Below are positions 1 to 10,131 of a stretch of DNA of 64,000 nucleotides, piece by piece. Numbering within the stretch: position 1 is the first letter of the stretch; the number at the start of each line of letters is the position of its first letter. Position numbers and translations under genes: made by a program. Source of the stretch: Oribacterium sp. UBA4274. GTDB lineage: Bacteria > Bacillota > Clostridia > Lachnospirales > Lachnospiraceae. The notes beneath the pieces are model-generated. The model saw nothing but the letters and a program-made list of their open reading frames with translations, did no database searches and was not told the origin of the DNA. The DNA is taken from assembly GCA_002396005.1 (NCBI GenBank), contig DGVW01000052.1, forward strand, positions 9,148-73,147. Direction: 5' to 3'.

Positions 1-1068
1 AAAAACAATCTCCATCTGACCGGAAGCAGTTTCTATTGTCTCGCTTGCACAAACAATCGCAAAGCCTGCTCCACCTTCACTTACAGCATCTTTAAATACC
101 ACCTTTGCCATGTACGGATCTGTAACCACTTTTACAAGTCCGAGATCTATGCGCTCCTGATGGTCAAGCTTCAATGATGTCACATCAAATCTTTTGACAA
201 GAGATTTCAATTCGAGCTTTTTGATAAGTTCAAAGGATTCCTCATTGAACATATCTTTTGCCTCGGCGTCGCTGTACTCAAAATCTATAGGAGCATCAAT
301 GTTTATAGTTGCGAGAACTTTAGACATTTTGGCATTATCCCACTCATCTATGAGCATCTGTGCCGCTTTCGGTTTACGAGGCACCTTAAACTCGGGATCT
401 CCTGACCGAGCCGCATCATAAGCAGCCTCAATGGTATGATACCTTTCTATGATCCACTCTGCCGATTTCGGGCCAAGCCCCGCAACTCCCGGAATATTAT
501 CAGATGTATCGCCCATCAGAGCTTTGAGATCTATAAACTCTGTCGGAGTAACATTCCACTCTTTTCTGACATCTTCCGGATAGTAATTGTAAACAGTGGT
601 GACTCCCTTGGCTGTTTTAGGAAGACAGATTTTTATATGTTCATCACTAAGCTGCAGCAGATCCCTGTCACCGGAAACTATGGTGACCTCAACGCCTTGG
701 GACTGAGCACGCTTTGCAACAGTTCCCAAAAGGTCATCTGCCTCATATCCCGCCTTAGTGAGAATAGGCACATGCATCGACTTAAGGACATCCTGAATAA
801 CCGGAATCTGCTCATGAAGCTCCTCCGGCATAGGTTTACGTGTCCCTTTATAGCCATCGAACATCTTGTGTCTGAATGTAGGCTCATGAAGGTCAAAAGC
901 CACAGCCAGATGATCTGCCTGTTCCTCGTCCAGTACCTTAAACAAAATATTCAGAAATCCGTACACTGCATTGGTATGCAGGCCCTGAGAGTTGGTAAGC
1001 TCAGGAATGCCGTAAAAGGCTCGCGACATGATGCTGTGACCATCTATAAGTAATAGTTTATCTGTCAA
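1..1068 (-). CDS. polA: DNA polymerase I, N-terminal part (5'-3' exonuclease domain), runs off window start
   Basis: Read manually: TTG start at 1068 with AGGAG RBS; translation MTDKLLLIDGHSIMSRAFYG...EADDLLG...VTGDRDLLQL...LMGDTSDNIPG is the PolA 5'-nuclease signature. Not in the ORF track because it is truncated. Confidence 0.95.
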   Translation of the reverse strand, partial: MTDKLLLIDGHSIMSRAFYGIPELTNSQGLHTNAVYGFLNILFKVLDEEQADHLAVAFDLHEPTFRHKMFDGYKGTRKPMPEELHEQIPVIQDVLKSMHVPILTKAGYEADDLLGTVAKRAQSQGVEVTIVSGDRDLLQLSDEHIKICLPKTAKGVTTVYNYYPEDVRKEWNVTPTEFIDLKALMGDTSDNIPGVAGLGPKSAEWIIERYHTIEAAYDAARSGDPEFKVPRKPKAAQMLIDEWDNAKMSKVLATINIDAPIDFEYSDAEAKDMFNEESFELIKKLELKSLVKRFDVTSLKLDHQERIDLGLVKVVTDPYMAKVVFKDAVSEGGAGFAIVCASETIETASGQMEIVF

Positions 1069-1136
1069 AATAAATCTCCTCGTAAAATCTGCCCGACTGT
1101 TCAGTCGCCGCAAATATAAAAATTCTCAACCGTTTC

Positions 1137-1475
1137 TCACAAAATCCAAATCCTTAGCTGCATGATAAAGATGACAACAGCCGCCCAAAAAGCGATTGTA
1201 TCTACGACCATAACCATAATCTTCATCACAAATTTACGCATAAGATAGAACTTAGAGTCTGCAATGTGCCTCTTAAGCGCTCCATCGATATCCATATCGG
1301 AGTCTTTATCCGAATCAAGCTCCGCAACGCCGCTGTAAACCATGTGTGTAATGCGCAATTCTTCCATGCATTCATTGCAGCCATTAACGTGGTCAATGAA
1401 CTCTTTCAGATCCTCATCCGATAGCTTATGGTTTAAATAATCGTAAATTCTTTTCCGTGCATCAAGACATGTCAT
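1137..1475 (-). CDS. zf-HC2 (anti-sigma-like) zinc-finger protein with C-terminal TM helix
   Basis: N-terminal MTC...HVNGCNEC (HxxxCxxC) motif; hydrophobic C-terminus. Confidence 0.8.
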   Translation of the reverse strand: MTCLDARKRIYDYLNHKLSDEDLKEFIDHVNGCNECMEELRITHMVYSGVAELDSDKDSDMDIDGALKRHIADSKFYLMRKFVMKIMVMVVDTIAFWAAVVIFIMQLRIWIL

Positions 1476-1485
1476 AATATTCGAC

Positions 1486-1514
1486 TTGAAAACCTTTCAA
1501 TAATGTGCTAATTT
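1486..1514 (+). promoter_or_regulatory. putative sigma-A promoter of tRNA-Leu
   Basis: TTGAAA-17 nt-TAATTT with a TG extension, 12 nt before the tRNA. Confidence 0.5.
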
Positions 1515-1526
1515 AAATAGGTCCAA

Positions 1527-1607
1527 GCCGCCATGGCGGAATTGGCAGACGCACGCGACTCAAAATCGCGCGGTTTATCCATGCCGGTTCAAGTCCGGCT
1601 GGCGGCA
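1527..1607 (+). tRNA. tRNA-Leu(CAA)
   Basis: Acceptor stem GCCGCCA/TGGCGGC, D loop GGAATTGGCAGAC, anticodon arm CGCGA-CTCAAAA-TCGCG, short variable arm, T arm GCCGG-TTCAAGT-CCGGC; CCA not encoded. Confidence 0.96.
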
Positions 1608-1608
1608 T

Positions 1609-1640
1609 AAAATGAGCTTGTTTTCACAAGCTCATTTTTT
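1609..1640. terminator. bidirectional intrinsic terminator between tRNA-Leu and upp
   Basis: AAAATGAGCTTG-loop-CAAGCTCATTTT with A/T tracts on both sides. Confidence 0.85.
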
Positions 1641-1641
1641 A

Positions 1642-2286
1642 TTACTTTGTTCCAAAGATACGGTCTCCTGCGTCTCCGAGTCCAGGGCAGATGTAGGCAT
1701 TCTCATTGAGACATCTGTCAACATTACCAACATAAATCTGAACATCGGGATGAGCCTCAACAAGCTTCTTGATACCTTCCGGTGCAGCAATGATACAGAT
1801 AAACTTGATCTTCTTGCCGCCATGTCTCTTGATCTGTGTGATGGCATCAACTGCAGATCCTCCTGTAGCAAGCATCGGATCACATACAACGATCTGTCTC
1901 TCCTCGATAGGATTTGGAAGCTTGCAGAAATACTCTACAGGCTGGTGAGTAGTCTCATCTCTGTAGAGACCGATATGACCGATCTTGGCACTTGGAACAA
2001 GCGCTGTAAGTCCGGAAACCATGCCGAGTCCTGCTCTCAGGATAGGAACGATGGCAAGCTTTCTTCCGGCAAGCATCTTGACATTGGTCTTCTCAATAGG
2101 TGTGTCTATCTCTACAAGCTTGGTAGGAAGATCATGTAATGCCTCAAATCCCATAAGCATAGCAATCTCTTCTACAAGCTGTCTGAACTCATTGGTTCCT
2201 GTTGTCTTTTCACGAAGAATTGAAATTTTATGTGTAAGTAATGGGTGATCAAGAATTGTTACATTTGCTCCAAAATTGTTTTCCAT
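1642..2286 (-). CDS. upp: uracil phosphoribosyltransferase
   Basis: Motifs [33 protein letters not shown]. Confidence 0.97.
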   Translation of the reverse strand: MENNFGANVTILDHPLLTHKISILREKTTGTNEFRQLVEEIAMLMGFEALHDLPTKLVEIDTPIEKTNVKMLAGRKLAIVPILRAGLGMVSGLTALVPSAKIGHIGLYRDETTHQPVEYFCKLPNPIEERQIVVCDPMLATGGSAVDAITQIKRHGGKKIKFICIIAAPEGIKKLVEAHPDVQIYVGNVDRCLNENAYICPGLGDAGDRIFGTK

Positions 2287-2347
2287 TTTATATCTCCTTT
2301 ATACTTAAAATGATTATGTTGATTTAAAACCTGAATGTTATAAAAAC

Positions 2348-3019
2348 TCAGCTCTTGCGAACAACCTCGTTGCGGCTCTTGTATATAGAGTCGGCATCAA
2401 CGCATCCTCTTACTGGACTCAGCGGATAAACATTGGTATTACGTCCTATAACCGTACCAGGATTAAGAACCGAACCGCAGCCTACTTCCACATGATCACT
2501 GAGCATAGCGCCGAACTTTTTAAGTCCTGTCTCGATATCTCCGTCCTCAGCATGCACTACCACCGGCTTTTTGTCTGACTTGACATTGGAGGTCAGCGAA
2601 GCGGCACCCATGTGGGACTTATATCCCAGGATAGAGTCTCCAACATAATTATAATGTGGTGTCTGGACATTATCAAAAATAATTACATTTTTGAACTCAC
2701 AGGAATTGCCAAGAACGCAGTTCTTTCCTGCGATGATGTTGCCTCGCAAAAAGGCACAATGTCTGATCTCGGTTTCAGGTCCGATGATGATATACTCAGC
2801 AAGATATGCAGACTCAAAGACATGTGCTGTTTTGTGTACCCAAACATGCGGTTTCACCTCATCATACTCATCCTTCGGAAGTGTCGGACCGTATGCAGCA
2901 ATAAAATCATGAATCCTCGGAAGAACCTCCCATGGATATGTACACCCTGCAAATGCCTCCTTCGCTTCTGTATGTTCAAGATCATACATTGCTTCAATAG
3001 TTAAATCACTTTTTTTCAT
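2348..3019 (-). CDS. left-handed beta-helix (hexapeptide) acetyltransferase, GlmU C-terminal-like
   Basis: PHYNYVGDSILG, HMGA..TSN, KFGAM..D.V.VGC..VLNPG; no nucleotidyltransferase domain. Confidence 0.8.
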   Translation of the reverse strand: MKKSDLTIEAMYDLEHTEAKEAFAGCTYPWEVLPRIHDFIAAYGPTLPKDEYDEVKPHVWVHKTAHVFESAYLAEYIIIGPETEIRHCAFLRGNIIAGKNCVLGNSCEFKNVIIFDNVQTPHYNYVGDSILGYKSHMGAASLTSNVKSDKKPVVVHAEDGDIETGLKKFGAMLSDHVEVGCGSVLNPGTVIGRNTNVYPLSPVRGCVDADSIYKSRNEVVRKS

Positions 3020-3152
3020 TTCTCCTCCATATATTCACTTCACCTACAGCGATCGTCAGATCAGACCGATCCAAATCACACGATATTCAGGATCACATCC
3101 AAGAGACTTATCAACTGTTCCCGGTACATTAACTACCTTGGGCGCATCCTCA

Positions 3153-5144
3153 TCACATGGATCTGATCTTCTCAGTTTTATCTCTGACAAATTGCTCCAG
3201 CTTATCCATATAGTCTCTCTCAGTGATCCTGCCCTCTGCGACCTCACTGAGCCCCATCTCCCATGATGCCGTAAGTTTAGGGTTCAGTAGATGAGGTATG
3301 GAAATCTTCACATAATAGGCTATGTACTCTCCGAGCTTTGTAGGTGTAAGCACCTGCGTCTTCTTCTGAAGCGATACATAATTATCATCCACAAGCTTAG
3401 TCAGGATGCCTGCTCTTGTGGCACTTGTGCCGATACCCGCACCCTTGATCTGTGCTCTCAGATCCTCATCCTCTATAAGATTACCCGCATTTTCCATAGC
3501 AAGTATCATAGAACCCGATGTGTATCTTTTTGGCGGAGATGTTTCGCCTTCCTTTACACTTAGTGTCAGCAGATTTAGTTTCTGTCCCTTTTTAAGCTTA
3601 AGAAGGGCCTCACTCAGCAACGAATCCTGAGTACTGCTTTCCTCCTGTTCTCCGGTCCCTTTTGAATCCTCTGAAAAGCTGCCTGAGGAATCAGGCTTTG
3701 ATTCAGCTTTTTTAGCATTGGCAACCTTAAGATATCCCTCATCCTTTAGTGCACGTGAGCTTGCATTGAAAAGTTCTCCATTGCACTCTATCGTCAGCAA
3801 AACCTTCTGATAAACAGCAGGCGGATAAAAGATAGCAAGAAATCGTCTGCAAATCAACTCATAGACTTTTTTTGCCAGTGGTTTAAGTGACTGGTACTCT
3901 TTCTGCCCCTGACCTGTCGGTATGATAGCATAGTGGTCTGAAATCTTTTTATCATCCACATATCTGGATTTTCCAATGCTTTTGTATGCCACGGACGCCA
4001 TGATTTCCTGCGCACATTCCATCACGGGTTCATATCCTGTAAGGCCTTTTATATTTTTAGCTATCTCCTTTGACACTGCGGTAGACAGAACTCTCGCATC
4101 AGTTCTCGGATAAGTGGTGAGCTTTTTCTCGTAAAGCTCCTGAGCTATGGCCAGAGTCTCATCCGGACTTATCTTAAACATCTTTGAACAGTCATTCTGA
4201 AGCTCCGCCAGGTTATATAAAAGTGGTGGATTTTTAGTTTCCTTTTTCTTCTCCAAAGCCGTGACCACCGCTTCTCTCGGAAACGGCATAAAGCTTTTCA
4301 TAAACTCAACAGCCCGTCCCTGCTTCAGGAAACCCTTGCCATCATATATCTCTGAAGGTGCATACTTATGCGAGCCCTCAGTCTGCTTCCAGTCTGCCGT
4401 GAGTCTGGCACCATCACCGATGTCAAAATCTCCTAATATACGGTAAAATGTAGTCTTCTGAAACGCTCTGATCTCCTGCTCGCGTTTTACAATCATACCT
4501 AAAACGCAGGTCATAACGCGGCCAACGGCAATCACCATCTTTTCCTTACGGTCCATATTGAGTTCACGCCTGATACGGTTTTGGTACTTCAGCGACAATG
4601 CACGACTGAAATTTATGCCCATAAGATAATCTTCTTTGGCTCTTGAAAATGCCGCCGCCGACAGATTGTCATAAGCACTGTCAGGCTTGGCTTCTCTGAT
4701 GCCCCTGAGAATCTCTTCATTTGTCTGCGAATCTATCCAGACTCTTTTTTTCTCCTTGGACTCCGGCACCTTGGCCATCATCTCCACCAGACGGTAAATG
4801 TATTCACCCTCACGGGCACTATCGGTGCAGACATAAATAGTGTCAACATCCTCACGATTAAGCTGCTTAGATACAACCTGAAACTGTTTTTTTGTGTTTT
4901 TGCCGACTTCGTATCTCCACTCAGTATCCCCGGGAATAAAAGGAAGCGTATCGAAACTCCACTTCTTCAGGGACTCGTCATATGCCTCCGGGTAGGATAA
5001 CTGCACAAGATGTCCCACACACCAGGTTATGACATAATTATCATCCTCCAGAAAACCGTCTCCCCTTTTTACATTTTTCATACCGAGAGCCTGAGAAAAC
5101 TGCTGGGCAACGGAAGGTTTCTCCGCTATAAATAACTTCTTCAA
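3153..5144 (-). CDS. topB: DNA topoisomerase III (type IA)
   Basis: IAEKPSVA TOPRIM start, TDSAREGE, GRVMT, catalytic TYPRTD, DHYAIIPT, GIGTSATRA; TTG start. Confidence 0.9.
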   Translation of the reverse strand: MKKLFIAEKPSVAQQFSQALGMKNVKRGDGFLEDDNYVITWCVGHLVQLSYPEAYDESLKKWSFDTLPFIPGDTEWRYEVGKNTKKQFQVVSKQLNREDVDTIYVCTDSAREGEYIYRLVEMMAKVPESKEKKRVWIDSQTNEEILRGIREAKPDSAYDNLSAAAFSRAKEDYLMGINFSRALSLKYQNRIRRELNMDRKEKMVIAVGRVMTCVLGMIVKREQEIRAFQKTTFYRILGDFDIGDGARLTADWKQTEGSHKYAPSEIYDGKGFLKQGRAVEFMKSFMPFPREAVVTALEKKKETKNPPLLYNLAELQNDCSKMFKISPDETLAIAQELYEKKLTTYPRTDARVLSTAVSKEIAKNIKGLTGYEPVMECAQEIMASVAYKSIGKSRYVDDKKISDHYAIIPTGQGQKEYQSLKPLAKKVYELICRRFLAIFYPPAVYQKVLLTIECNGELFNASSRALKDEGYLKVANAKKAESKPDSSGSFSEDSKGTGEQEESSTQDSLLSEALLKLKKGQKLNLLTLSVKEGETSPPKRYTSGSMILAMENAGNLIEDEDLRAQIKGAGIGTSATRAGILTKLVDDNYVSLQKKTQVLTPTKLGEYIAYYVKISIPHLLNPKLTASWEMGLSEVAEGRITERDYMDKLEQFVRDKTEKIRSM

Positions 5145-5254
5145 TAAAACCTCTCTGATTAAAAATTACAGGCGCCTGTTTCAAAGGCACCTGTTCTAAT
5201 ATTTATAAAATGTATCCGACGGCACATCATATCATAAAAAAGGCTCAAGGTCTA

Positions 5255-6316
5255 TCAGTTCACTTCCCATTTGTATACAGTGGTTGTGTCGTACTCTTCA
5301 CCTGCGCGAACAATTGATGTAGGCCAGTCCTTCTTGTGGAGGCAGTCAGGATAATGCTGTGTTTCAAAGCAATATCCATGCCGCGGTCCGAAATGAACTC
5401 CGTTCTTTCCTTCATAATCTGAAGCCATGGAGTTCGCAGTATAGAACTGCAAGCCTTCAAGATCTGTATAAACAGACATCTTGATACCTGTCTTATCTGA
5501 ATATGCTGTGGCAGCAAGTCTTACTGTGCCATCGTAGTCATCAAGTACAAAGTTATGGTCAAAGCCGCCTGCAAACTTAAGCTGATCGAAATCTGTTCCG
5601 ATATCCCTTTTAATAGGCTTCGGTGAGGTAAAATCCATAGGTGTGCCCTGTACAGAGGCTATATCGCCGTAAGGAATTGATTCAGCATTGGCAGGTGTAA
5701 AGTTGGAAGCATTGATCCATACTATCTGATCTGTTGCATCACCGCTTTCATATCCCGCAAGATTAAAATATGCATGATTTGTCATATTAAATACAGTGTC
5801 CCGGTCGCATACACCCTGATAATGAATAGAGAGGCTGTCATCCTCACTAAGTGTATAAGTTACAGAAACTCTTGCCTCACCCGGGAATCCCTGATCCCCA
5901 TCAGGTGAAATGATGGAAAACATAACATAGCTTCCCAACCCTGTGTTATCGTAAGATGCTTCCCATACTCTTGTACGCCAGTAGTCCGGACCTGAATGAA
6001 GGCTGTTCACACCTTTATCGTTCTTATTGAGCTCATATACCTTGCCGTTTATCTCAAAAGAAGCCTTACCGATGCGGTTTGCATTACGTCCCACAGGTTC
6101 TCCCATATGTCCCGGATTTCTGAGAAGCATATCAACATCATCAACACCTAGAACCACATCTCTCCTGTTCCCTTCCTTGTCCTTAACCACCATGGTAAGC
6201 CAGATTCCGCCCAGATCGGTGAAGCTGGCCTCTGTTCCGTTTCCGTTCACCAATGTATATCTCTTAACTTCAGTTCCATCCTGAAGTTTTCCTAAAATCG
6301 ATTCTTTTACTGCCAT
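5255..6316 (-). CDS. galM: aldose 1-epimerase (galactose mutarotase)
   Basis: GRNANRI, LHSG, NMTNHAYFNL, GFDHNF, CFETQH. Confidence 0.93.
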   Translation of the reverse strand: MAVKESILGKLQDGTEVKRYTLVNGNGTEASFTDLGGIWLTMVVKDKEGNRRDVVLGVDDVDMLLRNPGHMGEPVGRNANRIGKASFEINGKVYELNKNDKGVNSLHSGPDYWRTRVWEASYDNTGLGSYVMFSIISPDGDQGFPGEARVSVTYTLSEDDSLSIHYQGVCDRDTVFNMTNHAYFNLAGYESGDATDQIVWINASNFTPANAESIPYGDIASVQGTPMDFTSPKPIKRDIGTDFDQLKFAGGFDHNFVLDDYDGTVRLAATAYSDKTGIKMSVYTDLEGLQFYTANSMASDYEGKNGVHFGPRHGYCFETQHYPDCLHKKDWPTSIVRAGEEYDTTTVYKWEVN

Positions 6317-6459
6317 TTAAGACTCCTCCATTTCACGGATAGGTGGCCTTCAGCGAAGGATTACATCCTCATACACCGGCTTCAATACCGCCGTCCCGTT
6401 TTTTGCTTCGACCATTATACACCAAAAACACACCTTGGAGTAGAGGGATTACATTGTAT

Positions 6460-6494
6460 AAAAAAACTTCCGTCAGATTCTCTCTGACGGAAGT
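6460..6494 (-). terminator. intrinsic terminator after asd
   Basis: ACTTCCGTCAGA/TCTGACGGAAGT stem followed by a T7 tract on the minus strand. Confidence 0.85.
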
Positions 6495-6554
6495 CATATA
6501 AACATAATAACGATTTAAAAGCGCTACATACAGCTCACTGTTGAGCTTTACAAC

Positions 6555-7637
6555 TTACTTCTTTGTGATATATCCCTTAGCTGCAAGATACTCGGCTGCC
6601 TCAACTCCGCCACCTGCTGCGCCACGAAGTGTATTATGGCTGAGACCTACGAACTTCCAGTCATAGATGGAATCCTCACGGATACGTCCGATAGAGATAC
6701 CCATACCCTTCTCATAATCCACATCAAGGCTGACCTGTGGACGGTTATCATCCTCCAGATACTGGATGAAATGCTCAGGAGCTGATGGAAGCTTGAGTGC
6801 CTGCGGTTCTCCTGTATAGTCTCTCAGAGCCTGTACAAGCTCCTCCTTGGTAGGATTCTTATGGAACTTAACAAAAACAGTAGCTGTATGGCCATTGAGG
6901 ATAGGTACTCTGATGCACTGTGCAGAAATCTTGATGTCCTCACAGAGATCGATATGATCCCCATTGAGTGTACCAAGTACTCTCAGCGGTTCCTTCTCTG
7001 ACTTCTCTTCCTCACCGCCGATATAAGGGATGATGTTATGCTCCATCTCAGGCCATGATTCAAAGTTCTTACCTGCACCGGAAATTGCCTGGTAGGTTGA
7101 AACGATAACCTCATACGGCTCAAACTTACGCCATGCGGCAAGTGCCGGTGTGTATGACTGTATAGAACAGTTAGGCTTAACAGCGATGAAACCTCTCGTT
7201 GTACCGAGTCTCTTCTTCTGAGCCTCGATAAGCTTGTAGTGATCAGGATTAATCTCAGGAACTACCATAGGTACATCCGGTGTCCATCTATGTGCAGAGT
7301 TATTTGAGACTACAGGTGTTTCTGTCTTGGCATAAGCCTCCTCAAAAGCACGGATCTCATCCTTTTTCATATCAACTGCGGAAAATACAAAATCAACATC
7401 CTTGACTACTTCATCAATCTTGGATACATCCTTGACAATCATGTTTTTTACAGACTCAGGCATAGGAATATCCAGCTTCCATCTGCCCTCAACTGCCTTT
7501 TCATAGGTCTGACCTGCAGATCTTGGTGATGCTGCAAGAGTTGTAAGCTCAAACCATGGGTGATTCTCAAGAAGTGTGATGAATCTCTGTCCAACCATAC
7601 CGGTTGCACCGAGGACGCCAACCTTTAACTTTTCCAT
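6555..7637 (-). CDS. asd: aspartate-semialdehyde dehydrogenase
   Basis: GATGMVGQ Rossmann motif, KPNCS catalytic Cys, QAISGAG, HNTLRGAAG; alternative TTG start at 7643. Confidence 0.95.
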   Translation of the reverse strand: MEKLKVGVLGATGMVGQRFITLLENHPWFELTTLAASPRSAGQTYEKAVEGRWKLDIPMPESVKNMIVKDVSKIDEVVKDVDFVFSAVDMKKDEIRAFEEAYAKTETPVVSNNSAHRWTPDVPMVVPEINPDHYKLIEAQKKRLGTTRGFIAVKPNCSIQSYTPALAAWRKFEPYEVIVSTYQAISGAGKNFESWPEMEHNIIPYIGGEEEKSEKEPLRVLGTLNGDHIDLCEDIKISAQCIRVPILNGHTATVFVKFHKNPTKEELVQALRDYTGEPQALKLPSAPEHFIQYLEDDNRPQVSLDVDYEKGMGISIGRIREDSIYDWKFVGLSHNTLRGAAGGGVEAAEYLAAKGYITKK

Positions 7638-7833
7638 AATCAATATCTCCTCTAAACAATGTAATAATTACAGTTAGTAGTATTTATATTACTAAAAGCA
7701 CTTTAAATCAATAAACTTTTATTCATATCTGCCCTTAACCGGAGGATATAACAAAACATTATCATCAAAAAAATCTTTATAACTCGAGATTATCACTTTT
7801 TTGGTATCTTTCAGATTGATTGTAATGATTACA

Positions 7834-10071
7834 TCAATGTTTCGTTCCCTTACCTGCACGGTTGGCAAGCTTCAATCTATTCAGATTGAGGGTTTTCTTG
7901 TTTACAGTGATATCAACCGGATCAACACCAAGGAGATATATATCATCCAGTTCATCATTCTTTCCGAGCTTTATACCCAATACACCCTTACTGTTCTTTT
8001 TCTGTAAAGGAATGTCACTCAGTGAACATCTGAGCATATAGCCCTCATGTGTTCTGAATACAATATCAGTCTCATAACCCATCATGGTGATATTTATGAC
8101 CTTGTCTCCATCATTAAGCTTTGTTGCAACAACTACCTTGTTGGCAGTCTCAAACTCGCTGGTCTCAACAAGCTTGACCATAGCATCCTTTGTTGCAAAG
8201 ATAAGAGTCTTTCCCGCAAGAGCAGACTTGACATTGACATAAACGATTTCTTCATCGTTTGCATTGTACTTACTTATGTTATCAATTGGCACACCCTTGT
8301 CTCTGTATTTACAAAGCGGCACATCCTGACACTTGATCTGATGCATATTTCCCTTGTCGGTAAACAGTAAAACTCTGTCTGTGTTCTTACACTTAAATAC
8401 AAATCTGTTTTCAGCCTCTACCGCTTCCTGATTACGCTGCCAGGTCGCCTCGTCCATAAGCTTACAATAGCCAAACTTATCCTGAACATAATAGCAGTCG
8501 ATTTCCTGAACTTCATTTTCATTGAATACAGCTTCCTCACCATCCTCTATGAGAGTTTTACGAGGCTTTGCATACTCTGATTTAATGAACATGAGATCCT
8601 CGGAAAGTACTTCATTCATCCGGTCACGACTTCCAAGTATGCCCTTATACTCCTTGATTTTTTTCAATGTCTCTGCATGCTGTTTCTTGAGTTCTATAAG
8701 TTCGAGACCGATGAGCTTGCTGAGGCGCATATCGAGTATTGCCTGAGCCTGACGTTCTGTAAATGTAAACTCTTTTATAGTCTCTGCAAATTCCTTATCT
8801 CTGTCTCTGAACTTGATTCCGGCTATATCGCCGCACATAAGTGCTTTTTTGGCATCGGCCTGAGATTTACAGCTGCGAAGCAACGCTATGATAGCATCAA
8901 TAAGATCAACCGCCTTAATGAGACCATCCTGTATCTCCTTTTTATCGAGTTCCTTGTCAAGGAGTGCCTTATACTTCTTGCTCATGATCTCATACTGGAA
9001 CTTAAGATAAGCTTTAAGTACTCCGCGGAGTGACATGGTCTCCGGGCGGCCTTCATTGATGGCAAGCATATTGACACCAAAGGTATCCTCAAGTCTGGTC
9101 TTCTTATAGAGAACATTCTTGATCCTGTCGATATCTGCACCGGCCTTCAGCTCAAGGACGATACGTATACCGTTTTTATCAGACTGGTTGGAAATATCCA
9201 TTATCTCCGGAAGAACTTTGCTCTCAGCAAGCTGGGCTGTGTCCTGCATAAACTTCATGATGCCCTGTCCGATCATAGTATACGGAATCTCTGTTACAAC
9301 AAGCTTATCCCTGTCTGATCTGCCTGTTTTTTTCTCAAATACAAGCTTACCTCTGAGCTTCAGCTTTCCGGTTCCGGAACGATATATGTCAACAAGCTCT
9401 GACTTGTTGGCGATGATTCCGCCTGTCGGAAAATCAGGTCCCTTGAGATACTCCATCATCTCAGCCGTTTCCATGGCAGGATTGCGTAAGTATGCAAGAA
9501 TGAGGTCAACTATCTCTCCGAGATTGTGACTCGGTGTAGATGTAGTCATACCTACTGCGATACCTTCCGATCCGTTCAAAAGAAAATATGGAACTCTTGC
9601 AGGAAGAACAACAGGCTCTCTCAATGTTTCATCATAGTTAGGCTGAAAATCCACAGCCATATCCAGATCCGCAAGCATACAATCATCAGTAAACTTATCA
9701 AGCTTAGCTTCTGTATATCGGGGTGCCGCTGCCGAATCTCCTTCTATAGAGCCAAAATTACCCTGTCCGTGTACCACAGGCTGCATACGCTTGAAATCCT
9801 GTGCCATTACTACCAGCGTATCGTAGATTGAAGCATCGCCATGGGGATGATACTTACCCATAGTATCACCAACTATACGGGCCGACTTATATGTTGGACG
9901 ATCATGGTTGGCATGAAGCTGATCCATGTCGTAAAGTACTCTTCTTTGTACCGGTTTCAAACCATCTCTGATATCCGGAACTGCTCTTGAAGTTATAACG
10001 CTCATTGAGTAATCGAGATAACTCTTCTGCATCTCCTCCGAATATTCAGTTGTCAAAATCTGTTCTGCCAT
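7834..10071 (-). CDS. parC: type IIA topoisomerase subunit A, probably topoisomerase IV ParC
   Basis: RDGLKPVQRR, HPHGD, AAPRYTE catalytic Tyr; short CTD with no canonical GyrA box (QRRGGKG) seen. Confidence 0.8.
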   Translation of the reverse strand: MAEQILTTEYSEEMQKSYLDYSMSVITSRAVPDIRDGLKPVQRRVLYDMDQLHANHDRPTYKSARIVGDTMGKYHPHGDASIYDTLVVMAQDFKRMQPVVHGQGNFGSIEGDSAAAPRYTEAKLDKFTDDCMLADLDMAVDFQPNYDETLREPVVLPARVPYFLLNGSEGIAVGMTTSTPSHNLGEIVDLILAYLRNPAMETAEMMEYLKGPDFPTGGIIANKSELVDIYRSGTGKLKLRGKLVFEKKTGRSDRDKLVVTEIPYTMIGQGIMKFMQDTAQLAESKVLPEIMDISNQSDKNGIRIVLELKAGADIDRIKNVLYKKTRLEDTFGVNMLAINEGRPETMSLRGVLKAYLKFQYEIMSKKYKALLDKELDKKEIQDGLIKAVDLIDAIIALLRSCKSQADAKKALMCGDIAGIKFRDRDKEFAETIKEFTFTERQAQAILDMRLSKLIGLELIELKKQHAETLKKIKEYKGILGSRDRMNEVLSEDLMFIKSEYAKPRKTLIEDGEEAVFNENEVQEIDCYYVQDKFGYCKLMDEATWQRNQEAVEAENRFVFKCKNTDRVLLFTDKGNMHQIKCQDVPLCKYRDKGVPIDNISKYNANDEEIVYVNVKSALAGKTLIFATKDAMVKLVETSEFETANKVVVATKLNDGDKVINITMMGYETDIVFRTHEGYMLRCSLSDIPLQKKNSKGVLGIKLGKNDELDDIYLLGVDPVDITVNKKTLNLNRLKLANRAGKGTKH

Positions 10072-10131
10072 AATATATCCTTAAATGTAGAAAAAACTGC
10101 CATATACAAAACGAAAATTTCTCTTCTGCTT

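Noticed and set aside
194-1053. Plus-strand ORFs 194-421 and 436-1053
   Set aside because: Antisense shadows of polA, which is clearly coded on the minus strand
3056-3247. 63-aa ORF overlapping the topB end
   Set aside because: Half lies within topB in another frame; no RBS or recognisable motif
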